The notes under the pieces: generated by a model | What the model saw: only the letters and a program-made list of their open reading frames with translations | What the model was told of the DNA's origin: nothing | The model's database searches: none | DNA from: Polyangia bacterium | GTDB lineage: Bacteria; Myxococcota_A; Polyangia; Fen-1088 | DNA length: 64,000 nt | NCBI GenBank assembly: GCA_038257535.1 | Contig: JBBSJE010000005.1 | Location: 1,383-65,382 of the forward strand | Direction of reading: 5' to 3' | Shown here: positions 49,986-58,718 of the stretch, piece after piece | Position numbering within the stretch: position 1 is the stretch's first letter | How the letters are laid out: the number at the start of each line of letters is the position of its first letter | Position numbers and translations under genes: made by a program

Positions 49986-51127
49986 GCCGCAGTGTGATCC
50001 CTCCCGCGCCCACAGTGGCCGAACTTGTGGCGAACCGCCGCGTGATCGTGTGCTGTGGCGCCGGAGGCGTTGGCAAAACCACCGTGTCCGCGTCGATTGC
50101 GTTAAGCGCCGCCCGTCAAGGCCGTCGCGTGCTGGCGATCACCGTGGATCCCAGCAAGCGTTTGGCCGAAGCGCTGGGGGTAACCGAACACCAACGTGAA
50201 CCCACCTTGTTGCCGGCTGAGCGACTGCGCGCGGTGGGCGTGAATCCGCCGGGTTCGCTTTCGGCGTGGATGTTGGATCCGCAGCTCGTGTGTGATCGCG
50301 TGGTTGCACAAGTGAGCGAAGATCCCCAAGTGCAAGAGCGGATGCGGCGCAACCGGCTGTATCAAAATGTCAGCACGCTGGTTGCGGGCATGCATGAGTA
50401 CACCGCGGTCGAGGCCTTGCACGAATTCATTCGCGATGACCACTATGATCTGGTGGTGTTGGACACCCCGCCTTCGCGGGATGCCATTCGGTTTTTGGAT
50501 ACACCCGAACGCGCGAATGCGTTTTTGAACCCGCGCATTTTTAGCTTTTTCCTGCCTGGCAACCACGGCTTCTTTCAACGCGCGGGCACGGCGCTGGTGA
50601 ACAAGATTCTGGATTTGGGTTTGGGCAAAGAATCGCGGCTCGAGCTACAGGAGTTCTTGTCGCTGTTTCAGGTGATTTTGCGGCACTTGAATCGCAATCA
50701 AGAAAGCATGCAAAAGTTTTTCGCCAGCAAGGAGGTTTCGTTCTTGTTGGTCACTTCACCCGCACAGGCGGCCGTGGATGAAGCGGCGCACTTCGCTGCC
50801 CGCACGCGCGAGTTGGGCGTACGCATTGGCGGCACCATCTTGAACCAAAGTTTGGCCACCGCGGCGGGATTGCCGTTTCCCGATGCCAGCTTGCTGGTGG
50901 GCGATTCGTCAGAGGTGTCTGCGCAAGCGCTGGAAAAGCTGCGCGCGTTGGCGCATGTGGAAAGCGCCGCGGTGGAACGCGACGCTGCGCTGGCTTCTCA
51001 ATTGGCGCAAAAGTACGCGGGAAAGACGCCGCTGTGGGTGTTGCCCCGGTTTACGCGCGAGCAGAGCGCGTTCGGCGCGCTCACCAAGGTGGCGGACCTG
51101 TTGATGGGCGACGGGGCCGAGTTTTAG
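49982..51127 (+). CDS. ArsA/Get3-family P-loop ATPase (GAGGVGKTT; lacks the signature Lys)
   Basis: 381 aa. 'VCCGAGGVGKTTVSASIA', 'AITVDPSKRLAEALG' and 'VVLDTPPS' are present. ATGA overlap with the upstream paralogue. Confidence 0.75.
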   Translation: MSRSVIPPAPTVAELVANRRVIVCCGAGGVGKTTVSASIALSAARQGRRVLAITVDPSKRLAEALGVTEHQREPTLLPAERLRAVGVNPPGSLSAWMLDPQLVCDRVVAQVSEDPQVQERMRRNRLYQNVSTLVAGMHEYTAVEALHEFIRDDHYDLVVLDTPPSRDAIRFLDTPERANAFLNPRIFSFFLPGNHGFFQRAGTALVNKILDLGLGKESRLELQEFLSLFQVILRHLNRNQESMQKFFASKEVSFLLVTSPAQAAVDEAAHFAARTRELGVRIGGTILNQSLATAAGLPFPDASLLVGDSSEVSAQALEKLRALAHVESAAVERDAALASQLAQKYAGKTPLWVLPRFTREQSAFGALTKVADLLMGDGAEF

Positions 51128-51139
51128 GGGCTGAAGCGT

Positions 51140-51754
51140 TCAGCTTCCCCGGGGAATGCGGGCCGCCCGGTGAAACGCATGCACGGCCGCGCTCACATCA
51201 AAGCGGCGGCCCCAAGCGGCTTTGCCGTGCGAGGATAGAAACGATTCTACGTGGCGTCGGAACTGAAATTGGCTACTCGAAGGCGGACTGGCGCGCAAAG
51301 CCCGCCCCCAAAGGCGAACCGCTGGAAGCGGCAGTAGCTTCTGTCGACGAAACACAGTCACCAGATCCGATATATCGGATTCTATGTACCTTGTGAGCTT
51401 GCCTATGGCCCAATGGGCGGGACTAAGAAGACGCAGATCCAATCGTCCGATCCGGGAGTGTCTGTGTGAACGCTTCTGATAGTCAAGCAGTGTGATCATG
51501 CCCCAGCGATCAATGTCCTCAGCCACACTGGCAGCAATACCCGTTATTCTTGACGACATCACCACACAGGCATGAACCTGGTCCCAGGTGACGCGCGATC
51601 GAGCGGGCAGACGCAGCCCGAAATCAATATCCTGACTTGGACGCACGCCCCCCCACAATGCTGCGGCACAAGCCCCGGTGAGATAAATTGTAGCTGGGGC
51701 CTGTAGCTGGTCCGACAAGACCTCGAAAAAATGCTTAATTTGCTTTGGCTTCAC
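51140..51754 (-). CDS. Minimal nucleotidyltransferase-fold protein (MNT/AbiEii-like candidate toxin)
   Basis: 204 aa. 'IYLTGACAAALWGGVRPSQDIDFGL' fits the G-x(9-14)-D-x-D NTase motif. The GTG start shares GTGA with the XRE gene stop. Confidence 0.5.
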   Translation of the reverse strand: MKPKQIKHFFEVLSDQLQAPATIYLTGACAAALWGGVRPSQDIDFGLRLPARSRVTWDQVHACVVMSSRITGIAASVAEDIDRWGMITLLDYQKRSHRHSRIGRLDLRLLSPAHWAIGKLTRYIESDISDLVTVFRRQKLLPLPAVRLWGRALRASPPSSSQFQFRRHVESFLSSHGKAAWGRRFDVSAAVHAFHRAARIPRGS

Positions 51755-52224
51755 GTTTGACCTGCGTAAGGACTAAGGCGCGACAATAGACTTTCTATGG
51801 TGTCAGCACTCACCATGGCCTTGAGCATTAGGTGTGCGTGCAAAGTCGCCCGGCGGCTTTCAGGCTTTGGCTTGCTGCTGCCATTGATGGCCCTGCGGGA
51901 CACGCTTAGGGTACGCAGGCAGCTGACCAGTTGCTCCCACTTTGGCTCGCGCAAATCCAACGCTGCGGCGCGGGCCACCCGCTCCATCTCGTCGCGCGAC
52001 AGCGACAAAGGCTCACCGAAAGGAGAGCGACCATCCGCAAGTACGCCGGGTGTGACGTTCAGCGCGCAAGCCAGTGCGCGCAGCGTTGGCAGCGTAACTT
52101 CGCGGGTGCCGTTTTCGATCGCGCAGAGGTTGGGACGGGAAATGCCCGCGGAGTTCGCCAAGTCCGCCTGCGTTAGGCCGCGATGAAGGCGCCACAACAA
52201 AACCGTTTCCGCAAAAGGCCACAT
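51751..52224 (-). CDS. XRE-family helix-turn-helix regulator (candidate antitoxin)
   Basis: 157 aa. 'LRLHRGLTQADLANSAGISRPNLCAIENGTREVTLPTLRALACAL' is a classical HTH_XRE. Confidence 0.75.
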   Translation of the reverse strand: MWPFAETVLLWRLHRGLTQADLANSAGISRPNLCAIENGTREVTLPTLRALACALNVTPGVLADGRSPFGEPLSLSRDEMERVARAAALDLREPKWEQLVSCLRTLSVSRRAINGSSKPKPESRRATLHAHLMLKAMVSADTIESLLSRLSPYAGQT

Positions 52225-52226
52225 CC

Positions 52227-52256
52227 AACAAATGTATCAAATTTAATACATTTGTT
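52227..52256. promoter_or_regulatory. Perfect 11-bp inverted repeat (AACAAATGTAT-N8-ATACATTTGTT), a candidate XRE operator
   Basis: Read directly. It ends 2 nt from the XRE ATG and is the most AT-rich spot of the spacer between pfa3 and the XRE gene. Confidence 0.6.
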
Positions 52257-52276
52257 CCAGGGGCAACGGGCGACAG

Positions 52277-55200
52277 CTAGGGCGTCCCATGGGGAACTCG
52301 CAACGTGTGCGAGGTCCCCAGTAAACGCTTGCCCAATTCCGCCAACCATCGTGATTCCGGGGTGTCAGGCAGTTCAACGATTTCGCCTCGCCCCGCTTTG
52401 AGCAAAAGCTGCAGGGCTTCGCATGGCTCGGGCATCTGCTCAAGCAAGCGATAGATCACAGCGTGTCCAAAACTAGCGCCCGTGGAGTGGGACCATGCTT
52501 GCGCCTGGGCCTGCAGGTCGGGGTCGGGCGCAAACGGCTGTTCGTGGTCGGCGCTGGGACCCAGGTCGTTGATGGCGCGCAACACATGCGTGCGGCGCTC
52601 TCCATAGTTCATGCCGCGCAGCTCGTTGGCAAGCAAGGGCGTGCCGAGGTAGATGGCCTGCTGACCCAGGCCCACAGGAAAGTCGGTGCGCTCTTGCAGG
52701 GGCGCGCGGGGAAGGCCGCCCACCAAGCGCACGGGCACAATGGGGCAATCGACCGAAAGCGCCATGTCGATGAAGGTGCCGCTTAAAGTGCGCACAGGAT
52801 CGGCACAGCTCAGGGCGCGCGTGCCCTCAACGTACACCATCACGCTTCGACGATTGTCGCGCATCTGCTGCGCCATCTCCGCGATGATTCCCGGCAAGGT
52901 GTCGGCGTGGTTGTTGTCAAACACTTGGGCCATCTGTGGACGCTTCAATCCCGGGTAGCTGAAACTGTGTCGCATCAACAGCTCGATCCAATGCTGCTGT
53001 GTTTCGGGCTTGGCCAGCGTTAGCACGGGCGCGTTTACAAACGCGGATGCCACAATCGCAAACAAGGTGGATTCGATTGACGTTTGATGATTGGCCAAAA
53101 ACAAAACGCCGCGGGGCGCGTTCGCCATGGTGCGCTCTGTGGTCTCGCCGGCGATGTGAATGTTGGCCACGAAGCGTGACACCAAGATTGAAAAGATCTG
53201 ATCCACGGGCGGTGGCAGCGTACCCAAGTGGTGACGCCAAAACGCCCGGACTTGAGGCAAAACCTCGACCGCTTCTAGTTTGCGAAGTGCGTTCTGCGCG
53301 GGGATGTCTTCGGACTCTGCCGCCGGTGGCGCGTCGTCCACGATGCGCATGCCCAAGTTGCTGGCATGGTAAATGCGCTTGCCATCCACCCACAAGCTCG
53401 CTTCCGCGATCACCAGCTGCCCTCTGTCGTCCTGGCTGCGGCTTGTGACTTCCAAAGTCGTGGTGATGGTGTGATTGCGGGGCACCACTTGCCCGCGGTA
53501 CTTCCACGTCATTTCGTGGTTCAGCGCCACCGCTTCGAAGCGAGGGGCCCGCATACCCTCATGAAGGCCTTTATGCAGCATTACAAACTGCAGAAGCTGC
53601 AGCATGGCTTCAATGCCCAAGGAGCCAGGTTGCACAGGATCTTGGAAAAAATGTGCTTTGAAGAACCACTCAGCGGGGTTCACAGCTTTTTCGGCGCGTG
53701 CGAAGCCCAAACCCGCATGCCCACCCGCGGGGTCATAGGCCGTGATCCGATCCAGCATCAGCAGCATCGGCCGGGGCATGCGTAAGTGGCCTTGGCAATA
53801 GCGCGCTGGGCGCGAGATGAGATCTACGGAGAATTCCGATGGCGCGGCAAACAGCGCCCGCTGCGCTTCGGGCGTGGGAAGGCCCACCTGATTTTCAAGC
53901 GCCGCTTTGGGGAAGAAGCCAAAGCCGGTTTGCAGGTCGTAAACCAAGGTTTGGCCCATGAAGCACTTCACATCGAAGGTCTGCAGAATCATGCCGCCCG
54001 AACGCGACACCCCGGTGATGGTGGTTCGTGTGCGTAGGCTGCCGGAGCTGGGAAACACCTCCGCGCAAACGCGGCCTGTGCCGTCGAGGTTGCGAAAACA
54101 GAGATCCTCATCGCTCAACAAGGCGCTGCCCACGAAGCTGGCCAACCAGCCACAAGGTTGCAACACAGCCTCAAGCAACACACAAAACGGCATCACCTTT
54201 TGGCCGCTTTCGTCGAAGTACCAAGCCTGCGGGGGCACATCGTATTCGATCTCAATGGTTGCGCCGGGCTTGCATGCCCCCAACTCACCGTCGATGCGCG
54301 TGACACGGCTCATGAAGTGATAGGGCGGACCCGGCAGGCGGGCCACGCGGCGCGTGTCATCAAACACGCGGTACATGGGGCCAAACGCGTCGGAAGGGCG
54401 GCCCCACGCGCAGGCCAACAGCGATGCGTAATCGAAGTGGAAGCCGCCAATCTCAGGCGGCGATGTTTGCGGCGTTGGTGTGGGCGGGGCCGCAATGCTG
54501 GTGAGCGGCCAATCGGGCACCAAGCGCAAGCCCACCCGGCGCGCGTGAAAGGCCTTGAGTCCATCGACGGTTCCCAACAGATCCGCATAGAGCGTGGGGT
54601 AGGGGCCGTCATGCACCTCTTCCACAAACAGTTCACACACAAGCTGTTTGGAGCCAGGCAACACCTGCCCGCGACACTGCAGTTTGTAGCTTTCTTCGGG
54701 AACCGGTTCAAACCGCCAGCCGTCGCGACTGAGCGTATATCCCATGGCCGCGAGGTAAAACGCCATGGCTTGCAAGCAGCCCTCAAACATCAAGGTGCCG
54801 GGCATGCAGGGGTCATTCTTGAAATGCCCTTGGAAGAACCAGTCGGTGGGTGAGATGGCCGTGATGGCCTTGAGGTAACCGCGCTTCCACGGGCCACCTT
54901 GCGGATCTAGCGCCGCTATCTCGTCCACCAACAGCATGCGGCCGGTTTGAATGGCGGGCGATCGCGTGTGGGTTTGCGCCAGCTCAAAGCCTTTGCCAAA
55001 GCACGTATACGAATCGCCCGCTGCAAACGCGCGCACCTGTTCGGGTGAAAAGTTTTGCGTCGTACATGGCACCGCGGGCCGATCAAGCCGTGGCTGGGGC
55101 GTGATGTCTTGATCCTCAGGGGACCACAACACGCCGGCAGAATCGTCCAACTCTTGCTTGCTGAAGAACCCTGCTTGCCCCTGGCGCACGGTGAGCGCCT

Positions 55201-58200
55201 TGCGATCGCCCACGATGCAATCGTAGTGAAAGAAGAACAACCGAACGTCACCCTGGCGCGCGTGGGCGTCGATGGAGATCGCGTAGCGGAGCGTGTCGCC
55301 CGGCTTAGGCAGCGAACCATGGTAGGTGAGCTCACAACCCAACAGGCGATAGGCCCGCTGGCCCCGATTGAACGCGTCGACGCCCAAGTACGAGATTAAG
55401 AACAGATCGGCTTGCCCCGCTTCGATCATAATCCCGGCGGGCATGTAACCGCGGTTGAGGAACCAGCTGTCGGGGCGCACGTCGGTTTCTGTCCACACGG
55501 TGCCTAAGCCCATCGAGCCCGCTTCAGCTTGCAAGCCCACCACGCGATCCGCGAGCAACAGGGGCGGCTCGGGCATGCGGACGACTATGGCGTGTTGGTC
55601 TTGATCCGCGAATGCGGGACCGAAGATTTGGGAGATGGGGCCTGAGGCGTGGACTTCGAGATCTGCGCGGGAGAAGCTGGGGCCCTTCGGGTCTTGCGGC
55701 AACGAAGCCTTTGACACGGCTGGGGCCGCTGGCGTCGCCTGCGGGGCCACCGGTGGCGGTGGCTCTGGGAGCGTCGTTGCCGCTTGGAGGGGCGTGGGGC
55801 CTTTGAGCAAAAGGCTTAAGCCCGCTTGTCGCAAATGCAAGAACCGCGTGTGCAGGGCTGCTTGCGTGGCCACAAAGCCTTGATGCATCTGTGAGAGGTG
55901 CCGGCGGTAAGCGAAGTGCTGCGCGAAACCGGGCAACTGCGTTTCGACAACGGGCGGCGGAGACGCTACTCCCGCCATAGGCGGTGCTGGTTGAGAATGA
56001 CCACCGTGGGTGGTGTGCGCTGTCGCAAGCAGTGAGCTTGTGGCTGATGGCAGCGTGGGCGCCATCGGCATCACTTGTGGTGGCGCTTTCATTGCAACCG
56101 CGACCGGCGTTGTTGTGGCTGTGGGGGCGGGCGCGGCCAGCAGCTGTGGCATGTGCGGCGCCGCCCGGTGGGCAGCGAAGGCCAACACGGGGGTTTGCAA
56201 GCGCTCGCAGCTCGCCCGCAGCTGGGCAAGCCAGCTTGGCATCTCGCTGGCCGTTGGCGCTGCGACGGACGTGGGTTGCGCCGCCGCCACATGAACCCGC
56301 GCGCTTTGTTCGCCCAACGCTGTGATGAAAACCTCAGCGTGGCGATTGCCCTCGGCCGGCCAGGGCAGGGGCGGCGTGGGCGTTTTTACCCGGCCTGAAA
56401 ACGCATGCGCCGGGCCTGGCCGCAGTCCGTACGCACAACACAATCCCGCAGCCGCCACATGCAACAAGCCATTGGCTGCGTGGGCGTGTCCGAACAAAGC
56501 TTGTAGTGAAACGGCCTGGGCTTCGTCGCCCCATCGTAAGCTGTCAGCCGGCGAAGCGTCTTCGTTTGCAAATGCGTCCACCACAAACAGAATCTCGTCG
56601 TTGGCCCCACGCGCGTCTTGCAGGCGTTTGAGCACCAACACCACCGCAGCGTCACCACCCACTTGGCGTTTGGGAGAAAGCACTTTCGCCGCGGCCAGAT
56701 GCACGGGCTCAGCGCACAGATCCACCGCGCCCACCAAAGCGGCATCGATCTCGCCTGCGGCTAGCGCCCGTTGCGCCAGCTGCAGCGCTCGCACGCCCGA
56801 AAGCTCTTCGGCGGCAAGCGTGAAGCTGGGGCCTTGCAGATCCAACTGACTGCTCAAACGATTCGCGACAACGTTGGGCATCGCACCCAAGACGCCGGCT
56901 GCCCCTAACAAGGGAACAAAGCCGTCTCGCGTAGCGGACAGCCAGCCTTCGGGCGCGTGCAAACGTTCGGCCCATTCGGCCGCACGCCACCGCGCCCCGT
57001 GGCGTGCAATTTCCGCATCGCACTGCATGCCCACAAACACCCCGGTGCTTGCGCTTCGAAGATCGTTGACCTTCGCCATCGCTTCGCGCGCCGCCGCCAG
57101 CACCATCAGTTGCTGTGGCAGCGTTTCTTCCAAATCCTTGGGCGGAAACCGCAGCCCTTGCATCGACAGCGCCACTTCGTACGCGCGAGCCGCGCCTTGA
57201 GTCACGCGTGAGTTGCCGGTGAACAGCGCCTCGGCAAAATCGGCCACGTTTTGACCATCCGCCACGCGCGCGCCCATCGCCACCACGGCCACGGGGCCAG
57301 GGGCCGCAGCACGAAAGCTTGCGGGCACAGCGATGGACACAGGCCGCCCTGGGGAGGGTGGCTCTTGCACGATGACGTGCGCGTTGTTGCCGCCAAAGCC
57401 AAACGCGCTGACCGCGGCGATGCGGGGGCCGTGCAGATCAGGCCAGGGTTCAGGCGCATTGAGCGCCCGCAGGCTGGTGTGGTCCAGCGCCGATGAAGGC
57501 TCATCCAATGACGGCGTGGCGGGGCGGATGCCCGCTTCAAAAGCGGACAGCACCTTGAGCAGGCCCGCCGCTCCCGCCGCGGTGATCAAGTGTCCCATGT
57601 TCGCCTTCAGCGACCCGATGGCCAAAGGCTGAGACGCTTCCCCGAAGACTTCGCCCAAAGTGGCGATCTCAACGGCGTCCCCCACGGTGGTGCCGGTGGC
57701 GTGACATTCAACGTAAGAAATCCAAGAGGGGTCGATGCCCGCAGCGTTGTAAGCCGCGCGCAGCGCGCGCACTTGTCCGGTTTGCGTGGGCACCAGCAAT
57801 CCGCGCCCGCGGCCATCGTTGCTAAGCCCAATGCCGCGAATCACGCCCAATATGGGCAAACCATCGGCAAGCGCATCATCAAGCCGTGCCAAGGCCACCA
57901 GCGCGGCGCCTTCGGCGGGCACAAGGCCATCGGCCTGCGCGTGGAAGGGGCGGGTGCGGCCGCTGGGGCTCATGGCGCCCAATGCCGTAAAGCCTGCGTG
58001 GATAAACAAATCGTCGGCGCGATTCACCGCACCGGCCAACATGAGATCGGCGCGGCCGTCAGAAAGGGCATCGCAGGCGTACTTGATGGCGTACAGCGAC
58101 GAAGCGCACGCGGCATCCAAAGCAAAGGCGCCTGCCCCTAATCCCAGCGCTTGCGCTAGAAAGTGGGCGGGCAAGCCCGACATGAAGCGGTTGTGGGGAT

Positions 58201-58705
58201 CGATGTGCGAGACACCAAGTTCTTTCAGCAGCCCGCTGGAGGGCGCCTGAAGGCCCGTCCGAGGATCCCGCTGCCCTTCCAACCAAATGCGCTCGGCAAA
58301 CTGAGACAAGGCTTGCGATGGATAAGACAAATTGCCCACCACGGCGCCCACGCGATCCAAACTGCGGCGGTACTGGGATGCTTGCAACGCCTCGCGCCCC
58401 GTGTGAAACAGCCACTGAAACAAGGGATCCAGCGATTGCACAAACTCAGCGGGTAGGTGAAAGCCATGCGGAACAAACGCCTCCTCAAACCCCGCGACAT
58501 ATCCACCCACGTTGCTGATGGCTTTGTCGCTGGTGTCGTGTTTGTCGTGCGACAACATCAACCCGCTGCGAATGCCCCAACGCTCCGCCGGTGCGGCGCT
58601 GGTGACCACGCGGCCCGCCAGCACCAAGTCCCACAAGGAAGAGGGCGTAAGCGCGCCGGGCAACACACAGGCGCGGCCCACAATGGCGATTGGACAAAAC
58701 GACAT
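52277..58705 (-). CDS. pfa3: PUFA-synthase subunit, Pfa3/PfaC-like: KS - CLF - 2x FabA-type DH - C-terminal PlsC/AGPAT acyltransferase (2142 aa)
   Basis: KS: 'LDAACASSLYA', 'ECHATGT' and 'KANMGHL'. CLF: 'LAAEELSG' in place of the Cys. DH: 'DWFFQGHFKNDPCMPG' and 'EWFFKAHFFQDPVQPG'. Acyltransferase: 'FLANHQTSIES' and 'YVEGTR'. Confidence 0.9.
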   Translation of the reverse strand: MSFCPIAIVGRACVLPGALTPSSLWDLVLAGRVVTSAAPAERWGIRSGLMLSHDKHDTSDKAISNVGGYVAGFEEAFVPHGFHLPAEFVQSLDPLFQWLFHTGREALQASQYRRSLDRVGAVVGNLSYPSQALSQFAERIWLEGQRDPRTGLQAPSSGLLKELGVSHIDPHNRFMSGLPAHFLAQALGLGAGAFALDAACASSLYAIKYACDALSDGRADLMLAGAVNRADDLFIHAGFTALGAMSPSGRTRPFHAQADGLVPAEGAALVALARLDDALADGLPILGVIRGIGLSNDGRGRGLLVPTQTGQVRALRAAYNAAGIDPSWISYVECHATGTTVGDAVEIATLGEVFGEASQPLAIGSLKANMGHLITAAGAAGLLKVLSAFEAGIRPATPSLDEPSSALDHTSLRALNAPEPWPDLHGPRIAAVSAFGFGGNNAHVIVQEPPSPGRPVSIAVPASFRAAAPGPVAVVAMGARVADGQNVADFAEALFTGNSRVTQGAARAYEVALSMQGLRFPPKDLEETLPQQLMVLAAAREAMAKVNDLRSASTGVFVGMQCDAEIARHGARWRAAEWAERLHAPEGWLSATRDGFVPLLGAAGVLGAMPNVVANRLSSQLDLQGPSFTLAAEELSGVRALQLAQRALAAGEIDAALVGAVDLCAEPVHLAAAKVLSPKRQVGGDAAVVLVLKRLQDARGANDEILFVVDAFANEDASPADSLRWGDEAQAVSLQALFGHAHAANGLLHVAAAGLCCAYGLRPGPAHAFSGRVKTPTPPLPWPAEGNRHAEVFITALGEQSARVHVAAAQPTSVAAPTASEMPSWLAQLRASCERLQTPVLAFAAHRAAPHMPQLLAAPAPTATTTPVAVAMKAPPQVMPMAPTLPSATSSLLATAHTTHGGHSQPAPPMAGVASPPPVVETQLPGFAQHFAYRRHLSQMHQGFVATQAALHTRFLHLRQAGLSLLLKGPTPLQAATTLPEPPPPVAPQATPAAPAVSKASLPQDPKGPSFSRADLEVHASGPISQIFGPAFADQDQHAIVVRMPEPPLLLADRVVGLQAEAGSMGLGTVWTETDVRPDSWFLNRGYMPAGIMIEAGQADLFLISYLGVDAFNRGQRAYRLLGCELTYHGSLPKPGDTLRYAISIDAHARQGDVRLFFFHYDCIVGDRKALTVRQGQAGFFSKQELDDSAGVLWSPEDQDITPQPRLDRPAVPCTTQNFSPEQVRAFAAGDSYTCFGKGFELAQTHTRSPAIQTGRMLLVDEIAALDPQGGPWKRGYLKAITAISPTDWFFQGHFKNDPCMPGTLMFEGCLQAMAFYLAAMGYTLSRDGWRFEPVPEESYKLQCRGQVLPGSKQLVCELFVEEVHDGPYPTLYADLLGTVDGLKAFHARRVGLRLVPDWPLTSIAAPPTPTPQTSPPEIGGFHFDYASLLACAWGRPSDAFGPMYRVFDDTRRVARLPGPPYHFMSRVTRIDGELGACKPGATIEIEYDVPPQAWYFDESGQKVMPFCVLLEAVLQPCGWLASFVGSALLSDEDLCFRNLDGTGRVCAEVFPSSGSLRTRTTITGVSRSGGMILQTFDVKCFMGQTLVYDLQTGFGFFPKAALENQVGLPTPEAQRALFAAPSEFSVDLISRPARYCQGHLRMPRPMLLMLDRITAYDPAGGHAGLGFARAEKAVNPAEWFFKAHFFQDPVQPGSLGIEAMLQLLQFVMLHKGLHEGMRAPRFEAVALNHEMTWKYRGQVVPRNHTITTTLEVTSRSQDDRGQLVIAEASLWVDGKRIYHASNLGMRIVDDAPPAAESEDIPAQNALRKLEAVEVLPQVRAFWRHHLGTLPPPVDQIFSILVSRFVANIHIAGETTERTMANAPRGVLFLANHQTSIESTLFAIVASAFVNAPVLTLAKPETQQHWIELLMRHSFSYPGLKRPQMAQVFDNNHADTLPGIIAEMAQQMRDNRRSVMVYVEGTRALSCADPVRTLSGTFIDMALSVDCPIVPVRLVGGLPRAPLQERTDFPVGLGQQAIYLGTPLLANELRGMNYGERRTHVLRAINDLGPSADHEQPFAPDPDLQAQAQAWSHSTGASFGHAVIYRLLEQMPEPCEALQLLLKAGRGEIVELPDTPESRWLAELGKRLLGTSHTLRVPHGTP

Positions 58706-58718
58706 AGGTAAAGTGGCC

